Part shown: piece after piece, positions 9,278 to 18,118 of the stretch
Layout: each line of letters starts with the position of its first letter
Numbering within the stretch: the first letter of the stretch is position 1
From: Gemmatimonadota bacterium
GTDB taxonomy: Bacteria > Gemmatimonadota > Gemmatimonadetes > Longimicrobiales > RSA9
DNA: 64,000 nt
Assembly: GCA_039715185.1 (NCBI GenBank)
Contig: JBDLIA010000006.1
Location: 1,736-65,735 of the forward strand
Direction of reading: 5' to 3'
The notes under the pieces: generated by a model
Databases searched by the model: none
What the model saw: the letters and a program-made list of their open reading frames with translations, nothing else
Told to the model about the DNA's origin: nothing
Program-made: the position numbers and the translations under genes

Positions 9278-10204
9278 ATGTTGGGTGTGCAACGAACGCA
9301 CACTCGGAAGGCGGCCATGATCCGCATGCATCGGCTGGGCTGGAGAACGCTGGACCTGGAGCTCGGGACCGCTCGGGGCGTGTCCGTGCGCATCCTGGAG
9401 CGGCCGGGGCGTTGGCTGGACGACGCCCGACGCGCGCGCCTACTCGGGGAAATGCGCGAGGTCGCGGCCCCTGCGGCCGGCGGCGGTGAGCTCCCCTACG
9501 GCGTGCTTTCAGGAGACGACGAGCGCTGGAACCGGGCCATCCTGACCACCCTCCGCGATCGACACAGCGGCCGCCTCGTTGGCTTCAACGCCATGTCGCT
9601 GCTGGACGTCGAGCTCGACGGCGCCAGCCAGGACGTGCTGCACCTCGGGCTTCTCGTTCTCGATTCCGATCATCGCGGCAGGGGCCTCTCGCGGTTGTCC
9701 TACGGGCTGAGCATCGCGCTGGTCCTGGCGCGCAGGGGCGGGCGCTCGGTCTGGGTGAGCAGCGTGACTCAGGTCCCCGCCATCGCCGGCATGGTGGCCC
9801 AGACCCTGGCGCACGCGCACCCGGCCCCTGGCAGCGCGCCGACGTCTGCACACGTCAGAATCGCCCGGCAGATCATGCGCCGACACCGGTCGGCGTTCGG
9901 AGTGGGCGAGGACGCGGGTTTCGACGAGCGGCGCTTCGTCATCACGAACGCCTACACCGGCGGATCCGACCACCTGAAGAAGAGCTACTTCGAGGCGCCG
10001 AAGCACAGGAACCCGGCGATCAACGCCTGGTGTCACCGCGAACTCGATTACGAGCGCGGGGACGATGTCCTGCAGATCGGCCGCTTCACGGCGCGCGTGG
10101 CCTGGGGCTGCGTGCGCCGCTTTCTCGCCGGGAGAGCCACCGTGGCTCCCAACGCCAGGGACCTGGGCCGCGCCCCGACCCGAACCCGGCCACGTGAAGC
10201 ATGA
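9278..10204 (+). CDS. Hypothetical protein with GNAT-like acyl-CoA motif
   Basis: ATG at 9278 (alternative ATG at 9317). LVLDSDHRGRGLSRLSYGL resembles GNAT motif A (R-x-x-G-x-G/A). Stop overlaps the next start (ATGA). Confidence 0.5.
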   Translation: MLGVQRTHTRKAAMIRMHRLGWRTLDLELGTARGVSVRILERPGRWLDDARRARLLGEMREVAAPAAGGGELPYGVLSGDDERWNRAILTTLRDRHSGRLVGFNAMSLLDVELDGASQDVLHLGLLVLDSDHRGRGLSRLSYGLSIALVLARRGGRSVWVSSVTQVPAIAGMVAQTLAHAHPAPGSAPTSAHVRIARQIMRRHRSAFGVGEDAGFDERRFVITNAYTGGSDHLKKSYFEAPKHRNPAINAWCHRELDYERGDDVLQIGRFTARVAWGCVRRFLAGRATVAPNARDLGRAPTRTRPREA

Positions 10205-11076
10205 ACGGCGCTCCATTCGTCGACTTCGACTACTCGGTCATGACCGAGCGCAACGCTGGCTTCGTCACCGCCGAGGGCCAGCGACGGCTGCGTGCGGGCG
10301 CGGTGTTCGTGTGCGGCGTCGGGGGCATGGGCGGCGCCGCGCTGATCGCCCTTGTTCGCGCCGGCGTGGGCAACGTCGCCATCACGGACCCGGATCGCTT
10401 CGAGCTGTCCAACCTGAACCGCCAGTTGCTGGCCACGCTCGACACCGTGGGTAAGCAAAAGGCGCTCGTAGCCCGCGACCACGTACATCTCTTGAATCCC
10501 GAGGCTCGGGTCGCGACATGGGGCGACGACTGGGTCGACAGGCTCGACGAGATCCTTCCCGCCTATCCGCTCGTCGTGAACGGCATGGACGACGTCCGCG
10601 CCGCCATTCAGCTCTACCGTAAGGCCAGGGAACACCGAGTCGCGGTCATAGACGCCTACACCGCCCCCATGCCGTCCCTCATCCGCGTGGGGCCCGACGA
10701 TCCGAGGCCCGAGGAGCGACTCGACTTCCCCTCCCTGGGGCGCGACCCGGCCACGCTTTCCGCTCGGGAGATAGCCGAGTGCGCCCGTCGTGAGATCGAG
10801 TTCGTGATCACCCACACCTCCGCGCTCGCCCATTTCGACGCGCGCGTGGCGGTGGAGGTGCTCGACGGACTGCGGGCACGCCCCTCGTTCGCCCCGGTGG
10901 TGCTGACGGCCGGCCAGCTCATGGCCGGGGAAGCTCTGTCGTGCCTCCTCGGCCGCCCGACCAGTACCGATCACCGCGGCTGGTTTCTGGATCCGTGGAA
11001 CGGGCGGATCGAGCGGCCGTGCCACGACGACGCTCTCCCTGGGTCCGCGACGCCGCCCCCCACGCCCGGAGGATGA
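10201..11076 (+). CDS. ThiF/HesA/MoeB-family E1-like adenylyltransferase
   Basis: VFVCGVGGMGGAALIALVRAGVGNVAITDPDRFELSNLNRQ is the canonical ThiF nucleotide-binding signature. ATGA overlaps at both ends. Confidence 0.8.
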   Translation: MNGAPFVDFDYSVMTERNAGFVTAEGQRRLRAGAVFVCGVGGMGGAALIALVRAGVGNVAITDPDRFELSNLNRQLLATLDTVGKQKALVARDHVHLLNPEARVATWGDDWVDRLDEILPAYPLVVNGMDDVRAAIQLYRKAREHRVAVIDAYTAPMPSLIRVGPDDPRPEERLDFPSLGRDPATLSAREIAECARREIEFVITHTSALAHFDARVAVEVLDGLRARPSFAPVVLTAGQLMAGEALSCLLGRPTSTDHRGWFLDPWNGRIERPCHDDALPGSATPPPTPGG

Positions 11077-12200
11077 CCGTGCAACCGACCTACCGATTGG
11101 AGGAGCGCGACGTCGGCGGATTCTTCCGCGTTCCGTTCGAAGCGTACCCCGACGATTGGCCGTACGCGTCGCCCATGGCGAGCGACCTGCGCAGGCTGCT
11201 CGATCCGCGGCGCAATCCGTTCTTCGGAGAGGCCGGCGACGGAACGACCTTCACCGCCTATCGGCGCGGCCGGCCGATAGGCCGAATCAGCGCGCACGTG
11301 CACCACGACGCCAACCGCCGGTTCGGCCTGAAGCGGGGCTATTTCGGCTTCTTCGACGTCGCGGACGACGAGGACGCCGGCCGACTGCTCCTCGAAGCGG
11401 CCGAAAGCTGGGTGCGCGAGCGGGGCTGCGAGGAGATCGCGGGCAACTTCAACCTCACGTCGGTGCAGGAGATCGGGGTGATGACGAGCGGGTACGCCCG
11501 CCGCCCGTACAGCGCGATGTGTTGGACCCCGCCGCACCTGCCGGGGATGCTCGAAAGTGCCGGGTACGGGCCCTTCTTCCCGATGTCCACGTTCGAGCTC
11601 GAGCTCGCCGAGTTCGACCCGGCGACGCTCATGGGCCCGCGGCAAGAGCGCCTCTTGAACTCGGGAGCGCTCGCCTGGACCAGTCTCGGCCGACCTGGGT
11701 TCCGGCGCCGCAGCGAGAGCGTTCGCTGGCTCCTGAACGAAAGCTTCGCCGACAATCCGCACTTCGTGCCGGTGCCGAAAGCCGAGTTCGACTTCCAGGC
11801 CGGGCCGCTCACGTGGATCGTGGATCCGAGGCTGTCCGTGCTGGCCGACTACGAAGGCGCGCCGGCGGGGGTGATGGTCTGCATTCCCGATCTGAACCCC
11901 TTCCTGCGGAGCACGCGGTCCCGCATGAGGCCGTGGACGCCCAGCCGATACCTGCGCCATCGTCGGCGTCGCGACCGCGCCGTGATCGTCTTCTCGGGCG
12001 TGGCTTCCGCGCTGCGGAACGAGGGCCTCGGCAGCGTGATGCTGCACCGCGTCGTCCGCGCCCTCAAGGAGTCCGGATACTCACGCCTCGGCATCACGTG
12101 GGTCTCCGACCAGAACGGGCCGAGCCTGCGTTTCGTCGAGAAACTGGGCGCCACGAAGCTCCACGACCTGGCGCTGTACAAGAAACCTCTGGAGGCGTGA
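11073..12200 (+). CDS. Large (375 aa) GNAT-family N-acetyltransferase-like protein
   Basis: ATG at 11073 inside ORF 10941..12200. The C-terminal region AVIVFSGVASALRNEGLGSVMLHRVVRALKESGYSRLGITWVSDQNGPSLRFVEKLGA is GNAT-fold. Confidence 0.7.
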   Translation: MTVQPTYRLEERDVGGFFRVPFEAYPDDWPYASPMASDLRRLLDPRRNPFFGEAGDGTTFTAYRRGRPIGRISAHVHHDANRRFGLKRGYFGFFDVADDEDAGRLLLEAAESWVRERGCEEIAGNFNLTSVQEIGVMTSGYARRPYSAMCWTPPHLPGMLESAGYGPFFPMSTFELELAEFDPATLMGPRQERLLNSGALAWTSLGRPGFRRRSESVRWLLNESFADNPHFVPVPKAEFDFQAGPLTWIVDPRLSVLADYEGAPAGVMVCIPDLNPFLRSTRSRMRPWTPSRYLRHRRRRDRAVIVFSGVASALRNEGLGSVMLHRVVRALKESGYSRLGITWVSDQNGPSLRFVEKLGATKLHDLALYKKPLEA

Positions 12201-12201
12201 C

Positions 12202-13869
12202 ATGCGACGGCCCGTGCCAACTACCTTGCTGACCATCGCGGTCCTCGCTTCCAACGGGTGTTCGGGCCTGTTGCGCGGGTACGCCGAAGGCGAGTCCACG
12301 GCGCTCGGTGAGTCCCTCCCGGAGACGTACGGCGCGACGTCGGGGATGGTGCGTTTCGCGCTCGACGATCTGGGCACGCTCAACACCGATGCCCTCGAAA
12401 CGCACGCGCTCCCGTGGAAGGTCGCGGTAGCGGCCTTGCTGGTGAACCGGCGCGCGCTGGGGGAGGACATTCCCCTCGAACCCGAGGCGATCTTGCCGAT
12501 CCTCCGTGAGTTCGGGTTCGTGACGCCGGACACGATCCGCAACTGGGAGGGCGCCCCCTACCCAGGGTTCGCGGACGGGCCGGTAGGCATGCTGCGCGGG
12601 GTGGCCCGACGGGGGTTCCCGCGTGTCGTCGTGGAGGTCGCCGGATTGGGGTGTGCCTCCTGCCACGCGGGCGTCCTCTACGACGAGTCGGGAAACCCGA
12701 CGAACGAGGTTTGGCTGGGATTGCCGAACACGTCGCTCAACCTGGGGGCGTACTCCGACGCGCTGTCGAAAGCCTACTCGCATGCCGTCTCCGTCCCCGA
12801 CCGGATCCTGGCCGCCCTGGACACGCTGTACCCGGCGCTGAACGCCGAGGAACGACACACGATCGAGGAGCACGTACTTCCGGGGCTCATGGAAGAGGTG
12901 CCCGAGCTGAACCGCCGCTTTGGATCGCTTTCGCCATTCAACCCGGGAGGTCCGGGCACCCCCAACGGGGTCGGCTCGCTCAAGCGCATGCTCGGACTTC
13001 TGGAAGAAACGCGAGACGACGAGGTGAGCCTGGCCCAGATCCCCGACCTGGGCGACAGGGTGCTGCGTACTTCGCTCACGGTCGACGGCGCGTACCGCAT
13101 CCCCGGCCGGCCTCGCTTCGCGGCCATGACGCCCGACGAAGTAGACGCCCGTCACCTGGACGGACTCACGCGCATCGCCGCGTTCTTCGCGATGCCCGCC
13201 ATGGGGGCCCGGGCAGGCCGGATCGAGCGCTCCGTGCCGCGCGTGCGCGAGATCATGGAGTACCTGCGCCACTACAGGCCTCCTCCCTTTCCGGGGCCGG
13301 TCGACTCGGCGCTCGCCCGCCGCGGCCGTTCCGTCTACGATCGCGCGTGCGCGGAGTGCCACGGCACATACGCCCCCGGGCTGGAGGGCAGGCTCACTGA
13401 GTTCCCGAACGCGCTCGTGGCCGGCGACGACATCGGCACCGACCCCGTGCGCTGGCAATCCGCCTCACCCGACGTGCTGGCGGTCCTGGAGGAACTGGAC
13501 TACGCGCGCTACCTGGATCCGGCGCCGACCGGTGGCTACGTGGCGCCGCCGCTGACGGGCCTCTGGGCGACGGCCCCCTACCTGCACAACGCCTCGGTTC
13601 CGACCCTCTGGCACCTCATGCATCCCGAGCTGCGACCGGGACGGTTCGAAGTGGGCGGCCACATGCTGGACTACGATCGACTGGGGCTGGCGGGTGTGCT
13701 CGACCGCGAAGGCGTCTTTCGTTACCCGGAAGGATACCGGCCCTGGTCGACTCCCTTCGTATACGATACGAGCATCAGGGGTCAGTCGAACGGAGGCCAC
13801 TCCCGCGAGTTCGCGCACCTCTCCGAGACGCAGAAGCGGTCTCTGCTGGAGTACCTGAAGTTGCTGTGA
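12202..13869 (+). CDS. Lipoprotein c-type cytochrome, di-heme peroxidase (CCP/MauG)-like
   Basis: RBS GGAGG 6 nt upstream. Lipobox LASNGC. Two CxxCH sites (CASCH, CAECH). LTGLWATAPYLHNASVPTLWHLM resembles the conserved CCP/MauG segment. Confidence 0.7.
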   Translation: MRRPVPTTLLTIAVLASNGCSGLLRGYAEGESTALGESLPETYGATSGMVRFALDDLGTLNTDALETHALPWKVAVAALLVNRRALGEDIPLEPEAILPILREFGFVTPDTIRNWEGAPYPGFADGPVGMLRGVARRGFPRVVVEVAGLGCASCHAGVLYDESGNPTNEVWLGLPNTSLNLGAYSDALSKAYSHAVSVPDRILAALDTLYPALNAEERHTIEEHVLPGLMEEVPELNRRFGSLSPFNPGGPGTPNGVGSLKRMLGLLEETRDDEVSLAQIPDLGDRVLRTSLTVDGAYRIPGRPRFAAMTPDEVDARHLDGLTRIAAFFAMPAMGARAGRIERSVPRVREIMEYLRHYRPPPFPGPVDSALARRGRSVYDRACAECHGTYAPGLEGRLTEFPNALVAGDDIGTDPVRWQSASPDVLAVLEELDYARYLDPAPTGGYVAPPLTGLWATAPYLHNASVPTLWHLMHPELRPGRFEVGGHMLDYDRLGLAGVLDREGVFRYPEGYRPWSTPFVYDTSIRGQSNGGHSREFAHLSETQKRSLLEYLKLL

Positions 13870-13898
13870 GTGCGCGGCCCCGGCGCCCGGACGGCGAC

Positions 13899-15161
13899 TC
13901 AGGCTTGGAGCCGGGCGAGCCGCCGGGCGAAGTACGACGCGACCGGCTCGGCGTCTCCGCGGGCCACTGCCTCCTTGTAGCGAGGCGGGACGTACGCGCA
14001 GCACGGCTCTGACTCCGTGGGGTCGCCCGTCATCGCCCAGGCGCGCGCGCGGCTGCCGCCGCAGATGCCGCGAAAGGCGCACACCGCGCACTTCCCCTTG
14101 AGCCGGTCGCGGTCGCGCAGGGCACGCATCAGCGGAGCCTCACGGTACGTCCGCGCGAGGCCATCCCGGCGCACGTTGCCAACCGTGATCGGAAGGAAGC
14201 CGGAAGGCTGGATCTCGCCCTTGCGGCCCACGAACACGAAACCGTCGCCGTCGTTGACGCCGCGGGCACGGCCTATGCCGTCTCGCTGCACTCGACCCGC
14301 GTGGCGGGAGCGCCTCGCGCCGGGCATCTGCGTGGCACTGACGGCTCCCGGAGGCGAGCCGGCTCGCCGCGCGGCGCGGTCCGCCTTTGCCGCCTCCTGC
14401 CAGGCGACCCTGTGGCAGTGAGGCGCCGCCGTCGCCTTCACGTCGAAGGGCAGCGTCTCCCCCCGTCGGTGCAGCCATCGCAGAGTCCGCTCGAAGGCGT
14501 CCGCGCCGACCACATCTTCGGGCCGCGCGCGGCCGACGGGTACGAGGAAGAACACCTCCCAGAAGACGATGCCGAGGCGCTCGGCCAGGGCCGCCATGGC
14601 CTCCAGGTCGTCGAAGTTGTGGTGCGCGACGACGGTGTTGATCTGCGTGGACAGGCCCGCGTCCCGAGCTTCCTCCAGCACGCGCACGGCCTGGTCCCAG
14701 GCGCCGGGCACGCCGCGAAAGTCGTCGTGGATGGCGTCGGACGCGGAGTCGATGCTGACGGCCAGGCGAGCCAGGCCCGCGTCGCGGAATCGCTCGAGGC
14801 GCTCCCGATCGGCGAGCGGCGTGGCCGCCGGCGTGGCGGCGACGCGCAGCCCCAGGTTCGCCGCGTGCGCGGTCAGCTCGAAGATGTCCGGACGCTTGAG
14901 GCAGTCACCCCCGCTGAAGACGAATACGATGGGGCCGAACTCGCGCACCTCATCGAGCATCTTCTTCGCCTCGAAGGTGCTCAGCTCGTCGGGCTCCCTG
15001 ATGGGACAGGCTTCCGCGCGGCAGTGCTTGCAGGCCAGGTCGCAGGATCTCGTCGTCTCCCAGATGACCAGAAAAGGGGCCTCTTCGAAGGGCGACGGCT
15101 GACCCGGCGGCGGCTCCGGCGGGGGCGCTGGTCTCGCGGACGAGGTGGGCATGATTCTCAC
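13899..15161 (-). CDS. Radical SAM / SPASM-domain protein (TIGR04053-like)
   Basis: FLVIWETTRSCDLACKHCRAEA carries the CX3CX2C cluster. C-terminal Cys-rich SPASM region (GKCAVCAFRGICGGSRARA). RBS AGGTGAG upstream. Confidence 0.85.
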   Translation of the reverse strand: MRIMPTSSARPAPPPEPPPGQPSPFEEAPFLVIWETTRSCDLACKHCRAEACPIREPDELSTFEAKKMLDEVREFGPIVFVFSGGDCLKRPDIFELTAHAANLGLRVAATPAATPLADRERLERFRDAGLARLAVSIDSASDAIHDDFRGVPGAWDQAVRVLEEARDAGLSTQINTVVAHHNFDDLEAMAALAERLGIVFWEVFFLVPVGRARPEDVVGADAFERTLRWLHRRGETLPFDVKATAAPHCHRVAWQEAAKADRAARRAGSPPGAVSATQMPGARRSRHAGRVQRDGIGRARGVNDGDGFVFVGRKGEIQPSGFLPITVGNVRRDGLARTYREAPLMRALRDRDRLKGKCAVCAFRGICGGSRARAWAMTGDPTESEPCCAYVPPRYKEAVARGDAEPVASYFARRLARLQA

Positions 15162-15209
15162 CTGTAACGGGGCATCCTCTACAGAGAATGCGCCGCGACG
15201 CGGCCCCGG

Positions 15210-16421
15210 TCAGTGGGGAGGAGTCCCGTCCTCGGTGGGGAGAATCGCCACAGGCAACCGGCGCTCCGCGGCGCGCTCCAGCGCCCACGCGGCGTGTTCG
15301 CGCACGAGCGGCTCCTCGTCCTCCAGCGCGTCGCCCAGCAGGCGCACGGCTTCGTCGTCGGGCGGTCCGGGCCCGGCCAACCAGTTGCCGATCGCCACGA
15401 CCACGTTACGCCTGAAGCCCACGTACCCGGCGCGCCTGATCGCCGAGCCGCGCGAGAATTCGTCCCATTCCTCCTCGCTCATTCTCAGCAGGTCCAAGAG
15501 CGCCGGCGCGTCGGTGCCGGGGTGCGCCGCGCCCGTCGATCCAACCGGCGCGACACCCGCCGGCGCCTCGCCGGGCCCGCGCGCCGCGTAGGCGGGGTCC
15601 CCCTCGGACGTCGCGAAACGAACGTTGAACGGACACACCTCCTGACAGATATCGCAGCCGAAAACGCGGTTTCCGATCGCCGGCCGCAGCTCCGCCGGGA
15701 TCGGCCCGCGGTGCTCGATCGTGAGGTAGGAGATGCAGCGCCGCGCGTCCATCACGGGCGCCCCGGCCGAGTCGCGACCCAGGAGCGCGTCCGTCGGGCA
15801 TGCGTCCAGGCACGCCCGACACGTGCCGCAGTGGTCTGCCGTGAAGGGCTCATCGGGGGCGAGTTCGAGCTCAGTCAAGAGAACGCCCAGGAAGAAGTAC
15901 GAGCCGCGGCGCGGGTGAATCAGCATGGTATTGCGGCCGAACCAGCCCAGGCCCGCCGTGCGCGCCAGCTCGCGTTCCAGCACCGGGCTCGTGTCCACGC
16001 ACGCGCGCGCCGCCGGCAACGGTCGCCCCACCTCGCCCTCCAGCCAGCGCAGCAGACGCCGGAGCCTTCCCTTGACTACCCGGTGGTAGTCGCGCCCGCG
16101 GGCGTAGCGGGCGATGGTCGCGCGCTCCCTATCCGCGGGGTCGACCAGGTCCCCCGCGCCGTAGGAATCCGCGATCACGAGCGCCGAGCGCAGCCGCTGG
16201 TCACGCGCTCGCGGGTCGAGGCGCCGTGCGACCGCATCGTCGCGCTCCAGGTAGGCCATGTCGCCGTGCAGTCCGTCGGCCAGCCAACGCTCGAGCAGAT
16301 CCCCGTGGTCGCTCGGCCGGAGCCGGCACACGCCGGCGGACTCACACCCCTCCGTGGCGGCCCTGCGCTTGAGGCGTTGGGCCAGGTCCACGGGATCGTA
16401 GCCGGCCGCCTCCCCCCTCAC
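15210..16421 (-). CDS. queG: tRNA epoxyqueuosine(34) reductase
   Basis: Two ferredoxin-type clusters (CGTCRACLDACPTDAL, CDICQEVCPFN). N-terminus resembles QueG (LHGDMAYLER). HEAT-like C-terminus. GTG at 16421 overlaps the upstream stop (GTGA). Confidence 0.85.
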   Translation of the reverse strand: MRGEAAGYDPVDLAQRLKRRAATEGCESAGVCRLRPSDHGDLLERWLADGLHGDMAYLERDDAVARRLDPRARDQRLRSALVIADSYGAGDLVDPADRERATIARYARGRDYHRVVKGRLRRLLRWLEGEVGRPLPAARACVDTSPVLERELARTAGLGWFGRNTMLIHPRRGSYFFLGVLLTELELAPDEPFTADHCGTCRACLDACPTDALLGRDSAGAPVMDARRCISYLTIEHRGPIPAELRPAIGNRVFGCDICQEVCPFNVRFATSEGDPAYAARGPGEAPAGVAPVGSTGAAHPGTDAPALLDLLRMSEEEWDEFSRGSAIRRAGYVGFRRNVVVAIGNWLAGPGPPDDEAVRLLGDALEDEEPLVREHAAWALERAAERRLPVAILPTEDGTPPH

Positions 16422-17515
16422 GTCGGGTCCGGGTTCGCGCGAGCCTCCAGCGCCGCCGTCGCCAGCGCGCCCACGGGGTAGGTCAGCGCGAACAGAATGG
16501 GCTGCGCGTGACGCGCGTAGGTGAGGACCCAGAACAGCAGCGACAGGCCGGTGGCATACAGGCCCCAGCGGCCGACGGCCCCTCCCCACGCCAGCGCCAG
16601 CGCCAGGGGCGGGATCACCCAGAGCGCCAGCGTCAACGCCGAGCCCAGCCAAGAGCCCACGGGACCGGAGGACCTCCGGGCGGTGCGGGCGCCCGCCGCC
16701 AGCGCGCCGACGGGCCCGGGCTTACGCTCGCGTCGAGCGCCGAACGCCCGGCTGGACAGGAATCGCTCTCCGTGCAGCAGGCGCACGACGCCTCCTCCCT
16801 CGAGCACGCGTCTGGCCACGCTCGTATCGGCGGTCGCATCGGCGCGCGCGGCCTCGTGTCCGCCGGCGTTCAGGTAGGCCGCGCGCCGCACGAGCAGGAA
16901 GCCGGGATTCACGAGCACGCTACGCGCGTCGCGCACCCGGTTGACCAGCCTGGCGTTCAGATAAGCCAGCTCGCCTCTGGCTAGCAGAGCCGGCGCCAGC
17001 ACGCGCTCGAGCAGCGTCTCCAACTCGTGCCTCGGGAGCAGGCTCAGGGCCGCGGCCTCCCCCTCCTCGAGCGCCGCTACCGCGCGAGCGAGCGCCTCCG
17101 GATGGTGGCGCGTGTCGGGGTCCGAGAACAGCAGCAACTCACCGGCGCCCGCGCGCGCGCCCTCCCGGCAGGCCCAGGCCCGCGACCGCCAGCCCTCCCG
17201 CGGGGTGCCCACGCCGAGCACCCGCACCCGGTGCGAGCGCTCCGCGACGGCGCGCGCGACCTCGAGGGTGCCGTCGCTGCTCGACTGGTCGGCGACGATG
17301 ATCTCCAGGTTCGGATAGCGAGCCGCGAGCAGCGTCCCCAGACAGGGACCGATGTCGTGCCCCGCGTTCAGCGTCGGCACCACCACGGTGACGGTCGGCG
17401 AGCCCGATCCGAATCCCCGCGCGGGGAACGCGCCAAGCCGCGGACTGGGCACCAGCCGCAGCAGGGCCCACACACACAGAGCTGCCCAGGGCAGGGACGC
17501 GATGAGGGGTTCCAT
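16418..17515 (-). CDS. Family 2 glycosyltransferase, membrane-associated
   Basis: VTVVVPTLNAGHDIGPCLGTLLAARYPNLEIIVADQSSSDGT is a GT2 N-terminal signature. Hydrophobic N- and C-termini. Confidence 0.8.
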   Translation of the reverse strand: MEPLIASLPWAALCVWALLRLVPSPRLGAFPARGFGSGSPTVTVVVPTLNAGHDIGPCLGTLLAARYPNLEIIVADQSSSDGTLEVARAVAERSHRVRVLGVGTPREGWRSRAWACREGARAGAGELLLFSDPDTRHHPEALARAVAALEEGEAAALSLLPRHELETLLERVLAPALLARGELAYLNARLVNRVRDARSVLVNPGFLLVRRAAYLNAGGHEAARADATADTSVARRVLEGGGVVRLLHGERFLSSRAFGARRERKPGPVGALAAGARTARRSSGPVGSWLGSALTLALWVIPPLALALAWGGAVGRWGLYATGLSLLFWVLTYARHAQPILFALTYPVGALATAALEARANPDPT

Positions 17516-17614
17516 GGTGCCCGGAAGCTAGGCTCCACGGGCCGCGGCGGCGACACTCGCGGCCTCGGCTCCTGGCGGTGGCCGCGCCCCCTCGGGCCGG
17601 GTACGTTGGTCGCC

Positions 17615-17950
17615 ATGACGACCACCCAGCCCCCGGAGCTCACTCTGGCGGAGGCGCAGCGCGAGGTAGACGCGTGGATCGGCCAGTTCCGGGAGGGATA
17701 CTGGCCGCCCCTGGCGAACCTGGCGCGCCTGATCGAGGAAGTGGGCGAACTCGCCCGCGAGGTAAACCACCGCCACGGCCCGAAAAGGAAGCGCGCGGAC
17801 GAGCCGGACGGAGACCTCGCGCTCGAGCTGGGAGACGTGCTGTTCGTGCTGATGGCTCTCGCCAACGAGCAAGGCATCGACCTGGACGACGCGCTACGCC
17901 GCGTGCTCGAGAAGTACCGGGAGCGCGATTCGGGGCGCTGGGAGCGCTAG
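17615..17950 (+). CDS. MazG-like nucleotide pyrophosphohydrolase
   Basis: ATG at 17615 inside ORF 17027..17950. The EEVGELAREV ... ELGDVLFVLMALANEQGIDLDDAL helix pair is typical of small MazG proteins. Confidence 0.8.
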   Translation: MTTTQPPELTLAEAQREVDAWIGQFREGYWPPLANLARLIEEVGELAREVNHRHGPKRKRADEPDGDLALELGDVLFVLMALANEQGIDLDDALRRVLEKYRERDSGRWER

Positions 17951-18114
17951 TGTGCCGGCGCGGAAGTCCCGTGTGCACCGAGGCGCGTGATGCGCCCGCG
18001 GGGCAAGGCGGAACGACGCGCCGTAGCCGTCGCTACGGCAAGGAGTTCCAACGCCGCATCCGCGGGATGCAGCGCGAGCCGAATGCCTACGGGACTTCTG
18101 CAACGGTACGCTAG
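17949..18114. repeat. 166-bp structured repeat element, copy A (identical to 42757-42922)
   Basis: Base-by-base comparison shows 166/166 identity with copy B in the same orientation; the flanks differ immediately. Multiple nested stems. Its first 2 nt are part of the MazG TAG stop codon. Confidence 0.9.
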
Positions 18115-18118
18115 GCCC

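Noticed and set aside
13899-15161. The radical SAM/SPASM enzyme as a RiPP maturase
   Set aside because: No short precursor ORF fits in the 48-nt upstream gap or the 29-nt downstream gap. The flanking genes are queG and a cytochrome. The sequence resembles the widespread TIGR04053-type family of unknown, probably non-RiPP, function.
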